Positions 17,866 through 27,811 of a stretch of DNA of 64,000 bases are shown in pieces (the stretch's first letter is position 1; every line of letters begins with the position of its first letter). Made by a program: the position numbers and the translations under genes. The notes beneath the pieces were generated by a model. That model searched no databases, was not told the origin of the DNA, and saw only the letters and a program-made list of their open reading frames with translations. The DNA comes from Candidatus Omnitrophota bacterium (GTDB lineage Bacteria; Omnitrophota; Gorgyraeia; Zapsychrales; Fredricksoniimonadaceae): assembly GCA_015233145.1 (NCBI GenBank), contig JADFYI010000003.1, forward strand, positions 39,421 to 103,420, read 5' to 3'.

Positions 17866-19500
17866 ATGGTTGTCATGGATAATAGTTATGTTCAGGTTGA
17901 AAAAGAGATCGAGCCTAAAGATTTTTTAAGGGTTTTCTTTAGCAAGCTTCCGATTCTTTGTGTTGTCATTGTGGTTGCTTTGGTGGGAACGTATGTTGCC
18001 CTCAAATTTGTGACCCCGCTTTACGAAGCACAGGTGAAGATGCTTATCGCGGCCCAAAGGGAGATAGAGTCCCCCTATTATAAGGAAAATCCTTTTAATC
18101 GCGGCGCAGATATTGTTATGACGCAAAGCGAGGTTGTTAAAAGCAAGGCCGTGATTGAAAGGACGGTCGCGGCTTTAAAACTCGATGAGCGCATGCCGCA
18201 TTTAAAACAGTATAATTCTTCTTTAAAGAATGTTTTTTTGAATTCTGCGAAACTGGTCTCTTCAACTGTCAGTGACGTAAAGAATTTTGTTCGGGAGAAG
18301 ATATTAAGGCTTCCAGCGAAGAAAGAAGAAGCCTCCAATTTCCAGAAGGCTGTTGATTTCTTAAGGAGGAACATTAAGGTCAAAAGGATCATTGAAACCG
18401 ATGTGTTTACATTGCAGGTGTCTGATTACGACCCGGCCATGGCGCAAAAGATTGCAAACACCTTGAGCCGTTCGTATATTCTTTTCAGCCTTGAGCAGCA
18501 GATGGTGGAAGCCAAGATGCAGTTTGGAGATAAGCATCCGATGGTTCGCCAGCTTGAGGATAATATCAGCCAGATGCAGCAGACGCTGTCCAAAGACCTT
18601 ACAGATGTGGAAGCTATTGGCCCTGCCAGCGTAAAAGTCATAGAACAGGCTGAAAAGCCAGAGCATCCCGCTTCTCCTAAAAAGGGGCTTATTTATGGTT
18701 TGGCCTTGATTATGAGCGTACTTTGCGGAGTTTTTCTGATTGTTTTTTATGCGTATTTTGACCAGACTTTTCAGTCGCCCAAAGACCTGGAAGATTACCT
18801 TAACGTGCCGCTTTTAGGGTCTTTGCCTTTTGTGAAGAAAGATGCAGAAAATTTTTCCAAAGGCGGGGAGATGCAAGATAAGCTTTTGGGAAAAATGTTG
18901 AGGATCCTTTCTGACCAGTTTTATCTTTTGATTCATGATAAAAAGATCAAAACAGTGCTCGTGACAAGTGTGGATCCCGGGGAGGGCGTCAGTTCTGTTG
19001 TTTTGAATCTTGGGAAAATGGTATCCAAAGGTTATGGATATAAGACTTTGATCGTGGATTGCAATATGCGCACCTGTGAAAGCCCGAATCTCTACGGCAA
19101 CAAGGACTCCCTTGGGCTTGCGGAGTTTTTGCAGAAAGGCACCCCGCTGGACAAGGCAATTATCAAAGCAGAAGAGAATCTGTATTTCCTGCCGTCTGGC
19201 CAGACCCAGCTTAATCCGCTTCTTCTTTTCAAATCATCCAAGATGGCGGAAGCTGTGGAAGGGTTAAAAGGAAAGTTTGATCTGGTATTGTTTGATGCTC
19301 CTTTTTTAAAGGAATATCAGGATTCTTATGTGGTTGTAAAACATACTGATGCTCTTGTTATCGTCATTGATGCCCAAAGCTCCAAGCGGCAGGTTGCCAA
19401 GGCTTTTATAGACATGTTCGATGACAAGGCCAAGATTATCGGGGCTGTTTTGAACAAGCGGCAGTATTCCATACCAGAGACGGTTTATAAGCGTATTTAA
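17866..19500 (+). CDS. Wzc-like polysaccharide co-polymerase fused to a degenerate BY-kinase domain
   Basis: Two TM helices, PEHPASPKK motif, LLGSLP; Walker A reads PGEGVSS, A' DCNMR, Walker B VLFDAP. Confidence 0.88.
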   Translation: MVVMDNSYVQVEKEIEPKDFLRVFFSKLPILCVVIVVALVGTYVALKFVTPLYEAQVKMLIAAQREIESPYYKENPFNRGADIVMTQSEVVKSKAVIERTVAALKLDERMPHLKQYNSSLKNVFLNSAKLVSSTVSDVKNFVREKILRLPAKKEEASNFQKAVDFLRRNIKVKRIIETDVFTLQVSDYDPAMAQKIANTLSRSYILFSLEQQMVEAKMQFGDKHPMVRQLEDNISQMQQTLSKDLTDVEAIGPASVKVIEQAEKPEHPASPKKGLIYGLALIMSVLCGVFLIVFYAYFDQTFQSPKDLEDYLNVPLLGSLPFVKKDAENFSKGGEMQDKLLGKMLRILSDQFYLLIHDKKIKTVLVTSVDPGEGVSSVVLNLGKMVSKGYGYKTLIVDCNMRTCESPNLYGNKDSLGLAEFLQKGTPLDKAIIKAEENLYFLPSGQTQLNPLLLFKSSKMAEAVEGLKGKFDLVLFDAPFLKEYQDSYVVVKHTDALVIVIDAQSSKRQVAKAFIDMFDDKAKIIGAVLNKRQYSIPETVYKRI

Positions 19501-19513
19501 TATTGGGGAAATT

Positions 19514-21028
19514 ATGCCAACCGCTCATTTTTTTAAAAGCAGCGGGATGAACTCTGCGGTATTGATAGGGATTGCGATTGCTCTCTTTGTTGCTCCTTTA
19601 TCGCAGCTTCCTCTGATCTGGATCGCCCTGATTTTCTTGATTATTCCTGTCGCCATTGTGGCTGTTTTATCAAAAGATCTAAGGATGTTCTGCTTTTATC
19701 TTTTTATTCTTTTCCTTCCGATTGCCTTTGAAAAAGTTCTTTTTTCACCCAACAAAGATTCCATATATCCTATACCTGTCTTGGTGATGTGTTTATCCGA
19801 TATCCCGTTAGCGGGGTATGTTTTTCTCACAATCCTCAAACTGCCCAAAATACGAATCCAGCTAAAGGGAGATATTGCCTTGTTGATACTTCTTTTTTTG
19901 GCTTGGCTGGGATGGAGTTTGTTGGCCATACCGAAGACTATGGAGGTGGAGCAGGGCGGGTTATGGTCTTTTATTTTTATGTTCATTTATTTGTTAAAAG
20001 GATTAATTTTGTTTGTCTGCCTTTCTCTCATTCCTTTAAATCAAAAAGAATTAAAGAATGTTGTCAATTTGCTTCTGATCGGGGCGGCCATACAGAGCGG
20101 AACCCTTTTGCTGCAACATTTTACAAAGTCCTATATTGGAATTATGGGTATAACACCACAAAATCTGGATTTTTCAACATTTAACTTCGAGCGTTATTTT
20201 AGGGCTTCTGGACTCTTTGGACATGCGAATGTCGCCGGGCAGTATTTTGCTTTTCTTATACCTTTGATTTTTTGTGTTTTCTTAAATAGTCGCCGTGGCT
20301 TCCCCCTGGTTTTGAGCGGGTTTGTGTTTTTATTGTCTTCGTTGGCTTTAGTTTTGACATTTTCCCGTGGAGCATGGATAGCAACATTTTTGGCGCTCGC
20401 GTTGTGTTTGATGGTTACGCTCAGACATGCGCTCACAAGAGATAAGGTTATTAAAATATTTTTTATTTTATCTATCGGGTGTGTTATTTTTCTTTCTTAT
20501 TTAGGCCCCATTTCGGACAGGCTGCTTCTGGGGGATGAAGGGGCTTCCGGTTCCAGAATCCGCCTGGCAAAAGGCGCTGTGCAAGTTATCGCAGATCACC
20601 CGTTGGTGGGAGTTGGTTTAAATAATTTTCAGGAAATAGTCGGGCAGTACGGGGTGCGTGAAGCATCAGCCGGATTTTTCAAGAACGGTGTCCTTTATCT
20701 TGCCCGGAACCTTTCTGTTCATAATCGTTTTTTATTAACAGCCGCAGAAACAGGGATGGTCGGGTTTGCTTTCTTTCTTTCTTTCTTATTAATAGTTTTG
20801 ATATCAGGCTTTAAATATATAACCCGTTATAAATCAGAGAATTCATTAGTGTCTTTTGGGCTTTATGCGGCTTTTGTCGGCAGCCTTTTTTATATGCAGG
20901 TGGAGATTTTTAATGATACCAACATTTTGACCTTGTTTATGCTGGTTGTGGGGTTGTTGTTTAATTGCCGCGCCCTGGCCGAGAGGCAGATAATGGAAAA
21001 GGGATATGGGGCAATCAAAAATATTTAA
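19514..21028 (+). CDS. Wzy/O-antigen ligase family polymerase
   Basis: RASGLFGHAN, LTFSRGAW, HPLVGVGLNNF, VHN...AETG; multi-TM. Confidence 0.9.
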   Translation: MPTAHFFKSSGMNSAVLIGIAIALFVAPLSQLPLIWIALIFLIIPVAIVAVLSKDLRMFCFYLFILFLPIAFEKVLFSPNKDSIYPIPVLVMCLSDIPLAGYVFLTILKLPKIRIQLKGDIALLILLFLAWLGWSLLAIPKTMEVEQGGLWSFIFMFIYLLKGLILFVCLSLIPLNQKELKNVVNLLLIGAAIQSGTLLLQHFTKSYIGIMGITPQNLDFSTFNFERYFRASGLFGHANVAGQYFAFLIPLIFCVFLNSRRGFPLVLSGFVFLLSSLALVLTFSRGAWIATFLALALCLMVTLRHALTRDKVIKIFFILSIGCVIFLSYLGPISDRLLLGDEGASGSRIRLAKGAVQVIADHPLVGVGLNNFQEIVGQYGVREASAGFFKNGVLYLARNLSVHNRFLLTAAETGMVGFAFFLSFLLIVLISGFKYITRYKSENSLVSFGLYAAFVGSLFYMQVEIFNDTNILTLFMLVVGLLFNCRALAERQIMEKGYGAIKNI

Positions 21029-22454
21029 AAATACGGCGTTTTTATTTATCGTCAGAATTTTATCGTCCTGCTTTTCATTCCTACTGGTTCTTTTTATTGC
21101 CAGAAAAATGGGGCCCGGGCTGTTAGGGCAATTCGCCCTGGTTTTTGCGTATTTTATTATTTTTACGGAATTTCCTTTGCTGGGATTAAATCTTTTTATT
21201 TCCAGGGAAGTTGCCAAAAAAAATGAGGATTTAAGGGCTTTTTTCTTTATTGGCAATTTTTTAAGTTTTCTTTCTTTGATTCCGTTAATCGCCATTTTAA
21301 TTGCGATCATGTTTTTTGGACAGTATCCCCATGATGTGGTTTGGGGAATTTTTTGGATTATTTTTGCCTTGTTTCCCAGCGCTTTTATCGCCATGGCCCA
21401 GACCCTTTTTATTGCCTTTGAGAAAATTGACCAGTTGTCTCTGGCTATTGCGCTGGAAAATTTGATCCGGACCGTAGGGGCAGTAATAATTCTTTTTAAT
21501 AAGGGAAATATTGTTGATGTCTTCCTTTTCTTTTTTATATGCCGCCTCATGGCGATGGGGATCAATATTATTTTATTGAAAAAGAATAAGATGATTCCGA
21601 ATTCTTTTGTTTGGGACAAGGGAGTTTTTCTTTTTACATTAAAACATTGGCCTGTCTTTTTGGGGATTTATATTTTGGCCCTTGTTTCGAGTAAGATAGA
21701 TTTCTTTCTTTTGTCAAAACTGGGGACTATAGAGGATCTCGGGTTTTATTCAGCGTCGTATAAGTTTTTAGATGTTCTTTTGATGGCGCCGACAGCCTTT
21801 ATTTATTCACTGTTTCCTTTTCTTTCCAAAAACGGAATGACCAGGGATGTGGGCGAGATGGTCTCTGCGTTTTTAAGGTTTTTTTCATTGTTTGCCATTT
21901 TAGTTGTGGCGTTCTTTTTCTTTGGGGCGAAAGATATTCTTGCAATGGCCTTCGGCCATCAATTTAGCGGTGCCGCACTTGTTTTTGGTATTTTGATATG
22001 GAATTTTTTTATTGTTGGCTGTGACCAGATTATGGGAACGGTGCTTCTCTCTCAAAATCGCCAGTTGGCTGACTTAAAGATGCTTACGGCTTTCTTTGTG
22101 GTCTATATTATTGGGCTTTTTGTTTTAATTCCCCAATTCCATTATGTGGGGGCAGGTGTCGCCACTGTCAGCAGTTCCGCGTTTCTTTTGGGATTAAGAT
22201 TTTTATACCTTCGCCGGGCCGGCTTTAATATTCGTTTGGACGGCTTTTGGAAAAATGCGGGGCTTGCTTTGGTATTGTTTGTCAGTTTTTATGTATTAAA
22301 GCAATTATTGATATTGCCGTTCTTTTTGGCCTGGGTTCTTTTTGCCACATTTTATTTATTGGGGGTGTCTTTCTTGGGAATTTTTACATTGAAAGAAAAA
22401 GAATCATTTTTTTATTTTGTGAGGCAAAAGTTGCCCTTTATAAGAGCCGCATGA
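21006..22454 (+). CDS. Wzx flippase
   Basis: IFKNT...IARKMGP..GQF, IDFFLLSKL..GFYSASY; many TM helices. Confidence 0.9.
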   Translation: MGQSKIFKNTAFLFIVRILSSCFSFLLVLFIARKMGPGLLGQFALVFAYFIIFTEFPLLGLNLFISREVAKKNEDLRAFFFIGNFLSFLSLIPLIAILIAIMFFGQYPHDVVWGIFWIIFALFPSAFIAMAQTLFIAFEKIDQLSLAIALENLIRTVGAVIILFNKGNIVDVFLFFFICRLMAMGINIILLKKNKMIPNSFVWDKGVFLFTLKHWPVFLGIYILALVSSKIDFFLLSKLGTIEDLGFYSASYKFLDVLLMAPTAFIYSLFPFLSKNGMTRDVGEMVSAFLRFFSLFAILVVAFFFFGAKDILAMAFGHQFSGAALVFGILIWNFFIVGCDQIMGTVLLSQNRQLADLKMLTAFFVVYIIGLFVLIPQFHYVGAGVATVSSSAFLLGLRFLYLRRAGFNIRLDGFWKNAGLALVLFVSFYVLKQLLILPFFLAWVLFATFYLLGVSFLGIFTLKEKESFFYFVRQKLPFIRAA

Positions 22455-23560
22455 AGATATTACATTTAGATACAGATGATATTGATAATCCGTTGAGCGG
22501 CGGCGGATCATTAAGGAATTATGAAGTTTATCGCAGGCTTTCATCCAGGCACGACATTACCGTATTAACGGCGAGTTATCCTGGAAGCAGGCCTGAAGTT
22601 GTTCGTGACAAGGTTCGTTATATAAGGCTGGGCCGGGGGGGTGAGCGGTTTGGCTTGTCGTATCATTTAAGTTATTTATCCTGCTTGCCGTGGGCTATTA
22701 AAAAGATTCCGCATGACCTGTTGGTTGAGGATTTTATGCCGCCATGCGGCGGGGTAGGCTCTTTCTTGTGGACAAAAAAACCGGTGATTGCAAGTATCCA
22801 ATGGCTTTTTGCCAAAGCCTGGTCTGAAAAGTATAGGCTTCCGTTTCATGTTTTAGAAAGGCTGGCGCTTCGAAAATATAACAAATTCCTCGTCACTTCC
22901 CCTTATTTTAAAGAAGAGATTAGAAAGGTAAACAGTAGCGCCAGGGTAGAGGTTGTGCCATTAGGAATAGATGAGAAGTTTCTTTCTGCTCCTGTTGAGG
23001 AAGGCGAGTATGTTCTTTTCATGGGGAGGCTGGACATCGAGCAGAAGGGACTGGATATTCTTATAAGAAGTTATGACGAGAGCCGAAATAACCACCCGTA
23101 TAAGCTTGTTATTGTCGGGGATGGATTTGACAGGAATCGCCTCAAAAAGATGGTTGTTGCCAGGGGGTTGGGGTCCCGTGTGGAATTTGTTGGGAAAATA
23201 ACAAGTTTTGAAGACAAATGCCGCTGGTATTCCAAGGCCAGGATTGTGTGTATGCCGTCCAGATTTGAGACGTTTGGCCTGGTGGCATTGGAGGCATTTG
23301 CTTTTGGGAAACCCGTCCTTTCTTTTGATATTCCTGCTCTTAATGAGCTTGTGACATCACAGAGAGGCGAGGTTGTCTCTGCCTTTGATGAAAAGAATTA
23401 TGCAGAAAAAATGAGCTCGATGTTGATTGATTCAGAGTCTTTAATAGAGAAAGGCCGGGCATGCCGGGCGTTTGCCAGTCATTCGACCTGGGATGAGGCG
23501 GCAGTGAGGCAGGAAAGCTTTTTTGAGGAGTGTAGAAAGAGAGGCCAAAATGACATTTAA
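22451..23560 (+). CDS. GT4 glycosyltransferase
   Basis: MGRL...KG, PSRFETFGLVALEA; ATGA overlap with the flippase. Confidence 0.9.
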   Translation: MKILHLDTDDIDNPLSGGGSLRNYEVYRRLSSRHDITVLTASYPGSRPEVVRDKVRYIRLGRGGERFGLSYHLSYLSCLPWAIKKIPHDLLVEDFMPPCGGVGSFLWTKKPVIASIQWLFAKAWSEKYRLPFHVLERLALRKYNKFLVTSPYFKEEIRKVNSSARVEVVPLGIDEKFLSAPVEEGEYVLFMGRLDIEQKGLDILIRSYDESRNNHPYKLVIVGDGFDRNRLKKMVVARGLGSRVEFVGKITSFEDKCRWYSKARIVCMPSRFETFGLVALEAFAFGKPVLSFDIPALNELVTSQRGEVVSAFDEKNYAEKMSSMLIDSESLIEKGRACRAFASHSTWDEAAVRQESFFEECRKRGQNDI

Positions 23561-24143
23561 AAGATTAATGTTTTTAATTAAAAGTGATGTTGTGCGTTTT
23601 GCTGAAGTGCATCGGGAACGATTAACCATGCGTAAGGCGATCAGCATATTCTTGTTGCCGTGTTTGCAGGCAATCTTTTTGTATCGTCTGTCTCACTACT
23701 GCCTGGTTAATAAAATAATATTTTTTCCGCGATTTTTTTATACGCTGAATATTATGATTTATTCTACTGAAATATTCCCAACAACAGAAATAGGACCTTA
23801 TTTTTACATGCCTCATCCGGTGGCTGTGGTTATTTATGGAAAGATGGGGGAACGGTGCACAGTGTATGCCCAGGCCGGCCTTGGCGGCAGGAATATGGAT
23901 GGCGATGATTATGCCAGCGGGTGGCAGCCCGGGTTTCCTTGCGTTGGTGATAATGTAACGATAAGTGCAAGATCGTTTATCATTGGTGCTGTCACGGTTG
24001 GGTCTGGAAGCTTTATTGGCGTTGGCTCTATTGTTACAAAAGATATTCCGGAAAATTCTTTGGCTCTTGGCGTTCCTGCGAGGGTAAGAAGTTTGAAGAA
24101 ACCCTCAGAAGATGCTTCTGGTGAAAGTAATAAAGATGCCTAG
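23550..24143 (+). CDS. Serine acetyltransferase-like hexapeptide O-acetyltransferase
   Basis: LYRLSH, MPHP, PCVGDNVTI, VTKDIP..GVPAR. Confidence 0.85.
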   Translation: MTFKRLMFLIKSDVVRFAEVHRERLTMRKAISIFLLPCLQAIFLYRLSHYCLVNKIIFFPRFFYTLNIMIYSTEIFPTTEIGPYFYMPHPVAVVIYGKMGERCTVYAQAGLGGRNMDGDDYASGWQPGFPCVGDNVTISARSFIIGAVTVGSGSFIGVGSIVTKDIPENSLALGVPARVRSLKKPSEDASGESNKDA

Positions 24144-25092
24144 TGTTTTAAAAATTTCATTCATTGTGGTGAATTGGAATACAAAAGATCTTACCCAGGG
24201 GTGCCTGGAATCTCTTTATGCCTCGCTTCCAGAAGATCAATTTGAAATTATTTTGATCGACAATGCTTCAGGTGACGGGAGTGTTGAGTATTTGCGTTCG
24301 CAATTCCCCCGGGTTCGGATCATCGCTAATAGTGAAAATCTTGGGTTTTCCAGGGCGAATAATCAAGGGCTGGCTGTTGCTAAGGGAGAGTATGCGGTTT
24401 TGGTTAATTCTGATGTTGTTGTTAATCCTCTGGCTGTTAAAGAGGTTGTTCATTTTTTGGAATCGCATGACGACGTTGGGGTTGCAGGATGCAACTTGAT
24501 GGGAGGTTATACCCATAAGATTCAGGAGTATTCTTTCGGGTATTTTGTAAGCCTTGGGAGAGTTTTTAACCAGTTTTTCGGACTATTTCGTTTATCAAAA
24601 AATATCCCTTTTTTGAAGGGAATTACGTCCTGTCCTGTGGAGAAGGGGGAGCCTTTTTCCGTGGACTGGATATCAGGGGCATTTTTGGCTGTCAGGATGT
24701 CAGTTTACAGGCAAATTGGCGGTCTTAATGAGCAGTATTTTTTCTATGTCGAAGATATGGAATGGTGTTTTCGAATCAGTCAAGCGGGGTGGAAAATATT
24801 TTTTATCCCTGAGGTCCAGGTGATTCATTTTTATGGCGCAAGCCAGAAAACACGCGAACAAAGAGTCGTCATGGTAGAGCACTGGTACAGGAACATGCGT
24901 TCTTGTTTTTCGCAATATCACAATCGCCTGGGAGTGTTTATTTTTGATGTTCTGGTCATTGCAGGCTTTTCCAGCCGGTATATTGTTGCCCGGCTCAAGA
25001 AGATGGTTAAGGGGGAAGATCCCAAGTTTGAGGCACCGTGTAATGGGGCTATTGTAAAATTGGCATTCAAATCTTTTTTAAGGAAAGAATGA
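24136..25092 (+). CDS. GT2 glycosyltransferase (WbbL/rhamnosyltransferase-like)
   Basis: IVVNWN, DNASGDGS, NLGFSRANN, FFYVEDMEWC. Confidence 0.9.
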   Translation: MPSVLKISFIVVNWNTKDLTQGCLESLYASLPEDQFEIILIDNASGDGSVEYLRSQFPRVRIIANSENLGFSRANNQGLAVAKGEYAVLVNSDVVVNPLAVKEVVHFLESHDDVGVAGCNLMGGYTHKIQEYSFGYFVSLGRVFNQFFGLFRLSKNIPFLKGITSCPVEKGEPFSVDWISGAFLAVRMSVYRQIGGLNEQYFFYVEDMEWCFRISQAGWKIFFIPEVQVIHFYGASQKTREQRVVMVEHWYRNMRSCFSQYHNRLGVFIFDVLVIAGFSSRYIVARLKKMVKGEDPKFEAPCNGAIVKLAFKSFLRKE

Positions 25093-26213
25093 GAATTGGA
25101 ATTGATGCGCATATTTTAGGTAAGGGTAAGGGTGGGGTGGAGGTGTACCTCAAGAGTGTTCTTAAGAAGCTGCCATCCCTGGATGCTCGAAATGATTACA
25201 GTGTTTATCTTAATAATGGGGTTGCGCCTCAAAGTTTAGGCATTCAGAATAAAAATTTTTGTTTAAAGGGGCTGATGTTTTCTTCTCCATGGCTCAGGCG
25301 TTCCATGTCTTTGCCCCTTGCGGCAATGCGGGATAAGCTAGATGTGCTGCATGTCCAAAGGGTTTTGCCGTTGTTTTTTCCGGCAGAGAAAAGTGTTGTC
25401 AGCATTTATGATATCGCCCAGGAAATTCACCCCGAGTTTTTTGATGCAAAAGACAGTTTGATTGTCCGTCAGCTCATCAAATCAAGCGCGGAAAGGGCCA
25501 GGAGGATCATTACGTGTTCGTACACGAGCAAGGCGGATATGGTGGCTTATTATCATATCCCGCCTGAAAGAATTATTGTGGCTTATCCTGCGGTTGAAAA
25601 TTTTGATGAGCCGCAGGGCAATGATGATGAGGCGGGAATTTTTCTTAAAGAAAAGAATATCCGCGGGCCGTTTCTTCTTTTTGTCGGTGCTGTAGAGCCG
25701 AGAAAGAATCTTCACGGCGTTATTGATATTATGAACAGTCTGAAAAAAAGGAGTCTTTTTTCTGGCCAGGTTGTGATTTTAGGCGGCTTTAGGGAAGGCA
25801 TTAAGAAAGATTATTATCCGATGCTGAAGACGAAAGTCAAAGATTTGGGGCTTGAGGATGATGTTGTTTTTTTAGGATACGAGCCTGAGTCGGTTAAGAA
25901 AATGCTGATGAAAAAAGCCGTGGCGCTTCTTTATCCTTCTTTTTATGAAGGATTCGGCATTCCTATTTTGGAGGCTATGGCAGCGGGAATTCCGGTTGTG
26001 GTTTCGAGAATCCCTGTATTTTCTGAAATTGTTTTGGAATCCGGATTGTATGCTGACCCGCATGACTGCGAGGATTTTGCCAATCAGGTTGACCGGCTTT
26101 TACGGGATAAAAGTCTTTTTGCTCATCTGGTTGAGAAGGGCAAAGAACGGGTTCAGCAATTTCATTGGGTTGAGGCAGCGAAAAAGCATCTGCAGGCTTA
26201 CGAAGCATGTTAG
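25089..26213 (+). CDS. GT4 glycosyltransferase (mannosyltransferase-like)
   Basis: MRIGIDA, VGAVEPRKN, PSFYEGFGIPILEAM. Confidence 0.92.
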   Translation: MRIGIDAHILGKGKGGVEVYLKSVLKKLPSLDARNDYSVYLNNGVAPQSLGIQNKNFCLKGLMFSSPWLRRSMSLPLAAMRDKLDVLHVQRVLPLFFPAEKSVVSIYDIAQEIHPEFFDAKDSLIVRQLIKSSAERARRIITCSYTSKADMVAYYHIPPERIIVAYPAVENFDEPQGNDDEAGIFLKEKNIRGPFLLFVGAVEPRKNLHGVIDIMNSLKKRSLFSGQVVILGGFREGIKKDYYPMLKTKVKDLGLEDDVVFLGYEPESVKKMLMKKAVALLYPSFYEGFGIPILEAMAAGIPVVVSRIPVFSEIVLESGLYADPHDCEDFANQVDRLLRDKSLFAHLVEKGKERVQQFHWVEAAKKHLQAYEAC

Positions 26214-26296
26214 TATAGTAGGCATTAAAGACATATTTGTTCATTTGTTTTTATAAAGGTTGCGCGTTTTGGAAGTGATGAAACAAGGGGGGGAGT

Positions 26297-27811
26297 ATGA
26301 AGATAAAATTTTTGTTATTCGTAGGGTTTTTCTTTTTGTTGACAGCCTTGGCGTTTGCCCAGCAAAGCACTGCACCGTATGCGATCAATGTTAATATCGG
26401 AACAACAGTAAAAAAGATTGATAAGAACATCTTGGGGTTAAATATTGAATGGATTGAGGACGGTAATTTTTTGTGGGATAAAACCCAAAATGTACCGACC
26501 GCGGCTTCATGGGGTGATGTTCAGGGTCTTGCTCCTTCTGTCATAAGGTTTCCCGGGGGAACATTTTCAGATTTTTATCATTGGAAAGATGGCGTTGGCC
26601 CCGTAGCCGCAAGGCCGAACAGGCAGCCGTCATCTGCCGATGGCCGTGTCTTTGATAATGCTTTTGGTACGGATGAATTTCTTACCTTTACGTCCAAATT
26701 GGGAGCAGAGCCGTTTATCACTGTGAATGTGGGGTCCGCAACGAGCGCGGAAGCTGCTGATTGGGTTCGTTATTGCAATGTGACCGGCCAGATCAAGAAA
26801 GTCAAATATTGGGAGTTAGGCAATGAGTTGTATCTTAATGGGGATCCGGCAAGCAGTGCAGTGACTGAGACTCCGGCGGTATATGCGGCCAAGGTTGTTG
26901 AATTTGCCAAGGCCATGAAAAATATTGATCCTGCGATCAAATTGGCTGCCATTGGAGGAACCAATACCGGTCTTTACAACATGATGCAGTATTCTGCCTG
27001 GGATCAAACTGTTTTACAAAAAGCGGCTCCTTATATTGATTATCTTGCCGTGCATAATTCTTACTATCCGATAGTCACAGACTCAAATACTTATACAAAA
27101 GCTGAACTTTATCCTGCGCTTTTTGGCGCAGATTCCTTAATTCAGGATAATTTAAAGAAATTAGCGTCGGAAATTAGTACGTTTGCTCCGGCCTATAGAA
27201 CCAAGATTAAGATAGCGGTTACGGAGTGGAGTTCGTTGTTTGGCTGGGCGCCAGATGGCCCCTATACTGAGGAAACCCGAACTCTGGGGTCAGCGATTTA
27301 TATGGCGTTGATGTTAAAGACATATATTTCTAATGACAATGTCGGGATGGTTCACTTTTTTAAACTTTCCGGGTCTGACTTTATGTCTCTTGTGCAAGCC
27401 GGGAAGAAGTGTCCTTCCTACTATGCTTTCCAGTTTTTTAGCAAGGATTTTGGAACAGACCTTTTAACAACTACGACGAGCTGTCCTAAATATAACACCT
27501 CGAAGCGTATCGGGGTCATTGCTCCTTTGACGGGGGTGCCTTCTCTTGAGGCGATCTCTTCCAAAGATTCGAGCGGCAATGTTTATGTTATTGCCATCAA
27601 TAAAGATACGGTTAGTGCGCATACGTGCACGATAACATTCAGTGGTAATTCATTAACAAAGTTTAGCGGAACAATGTCGCTTTTAAGCGCGGATGATGTG
27701 ACGTCTAAAGACGCCGTGTTGCAGAACTCAATGGTTTCCGGGACAGGGAAGATCGTCGTTGTGCTTCCCAAAAACTCAATTGCTAAATTCAAGCTGCAGA
27801 TAGTGAAATGA
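26297..27811 (+). CDS. Secreted GH51/GH79-like glycoside hydrolase
   Basis: Signal peptide, IRFPGG, YHWKDGVGP..RP, FGTDEF, YWELGNE (acid/base), AVTEW (nucleophile). Confidence 0.85.
   Translation: MKIKFLLFVGFFFLLTALAFAQQSTAPYAINVNIGTTVKKIDKNILGLNIEWIEDGNFLWDKTQNVPTAASWGDVQGLAPSVIRFPGGTFSDFYHWKDGVGPVAARPNRQPSSADGRVFDNAFGTDEFLTFTSKLGAEPFITVNVGSATSAEAADWVRYCNVTGQIKKVKYWELGNELYLNGDPASSAVTETPAVYAAKVVEFAKAMKNIDPAIKLAAIGGTNTGLYNMMQYSAWDQTVLQKAAPYIDYLAVHNSYYPIVTDSNTYTKAELYPALFGADSLIQDNLKKLASEISTFAPAYRTKIKIAVTEWSSLFGWAPDGPYTEETRTLGSAIYMALMLKTYISNDNVGMVHFFKLSGSDFMSLVQAGKKCPSYYAFQFFSKDFGTDLLTTTTSCPKYNTSKRIGVIAPLTGVPSLEAISSKDSSGNVYVIAINKDTVSAHTCTITFSGNSLTKFSGTMSLLSADDVTSKDAVLQNSMVSGTGKIVVVLPKNSIAKFKLQIVK

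Noticed and set aside
20846-21619. 257-aa antisense ORF and other long antisense ORFs (e.g. 40210..40893, 1109..1621)
   Set aside because: Shadows of well-supported + strand genes, with no motifs.
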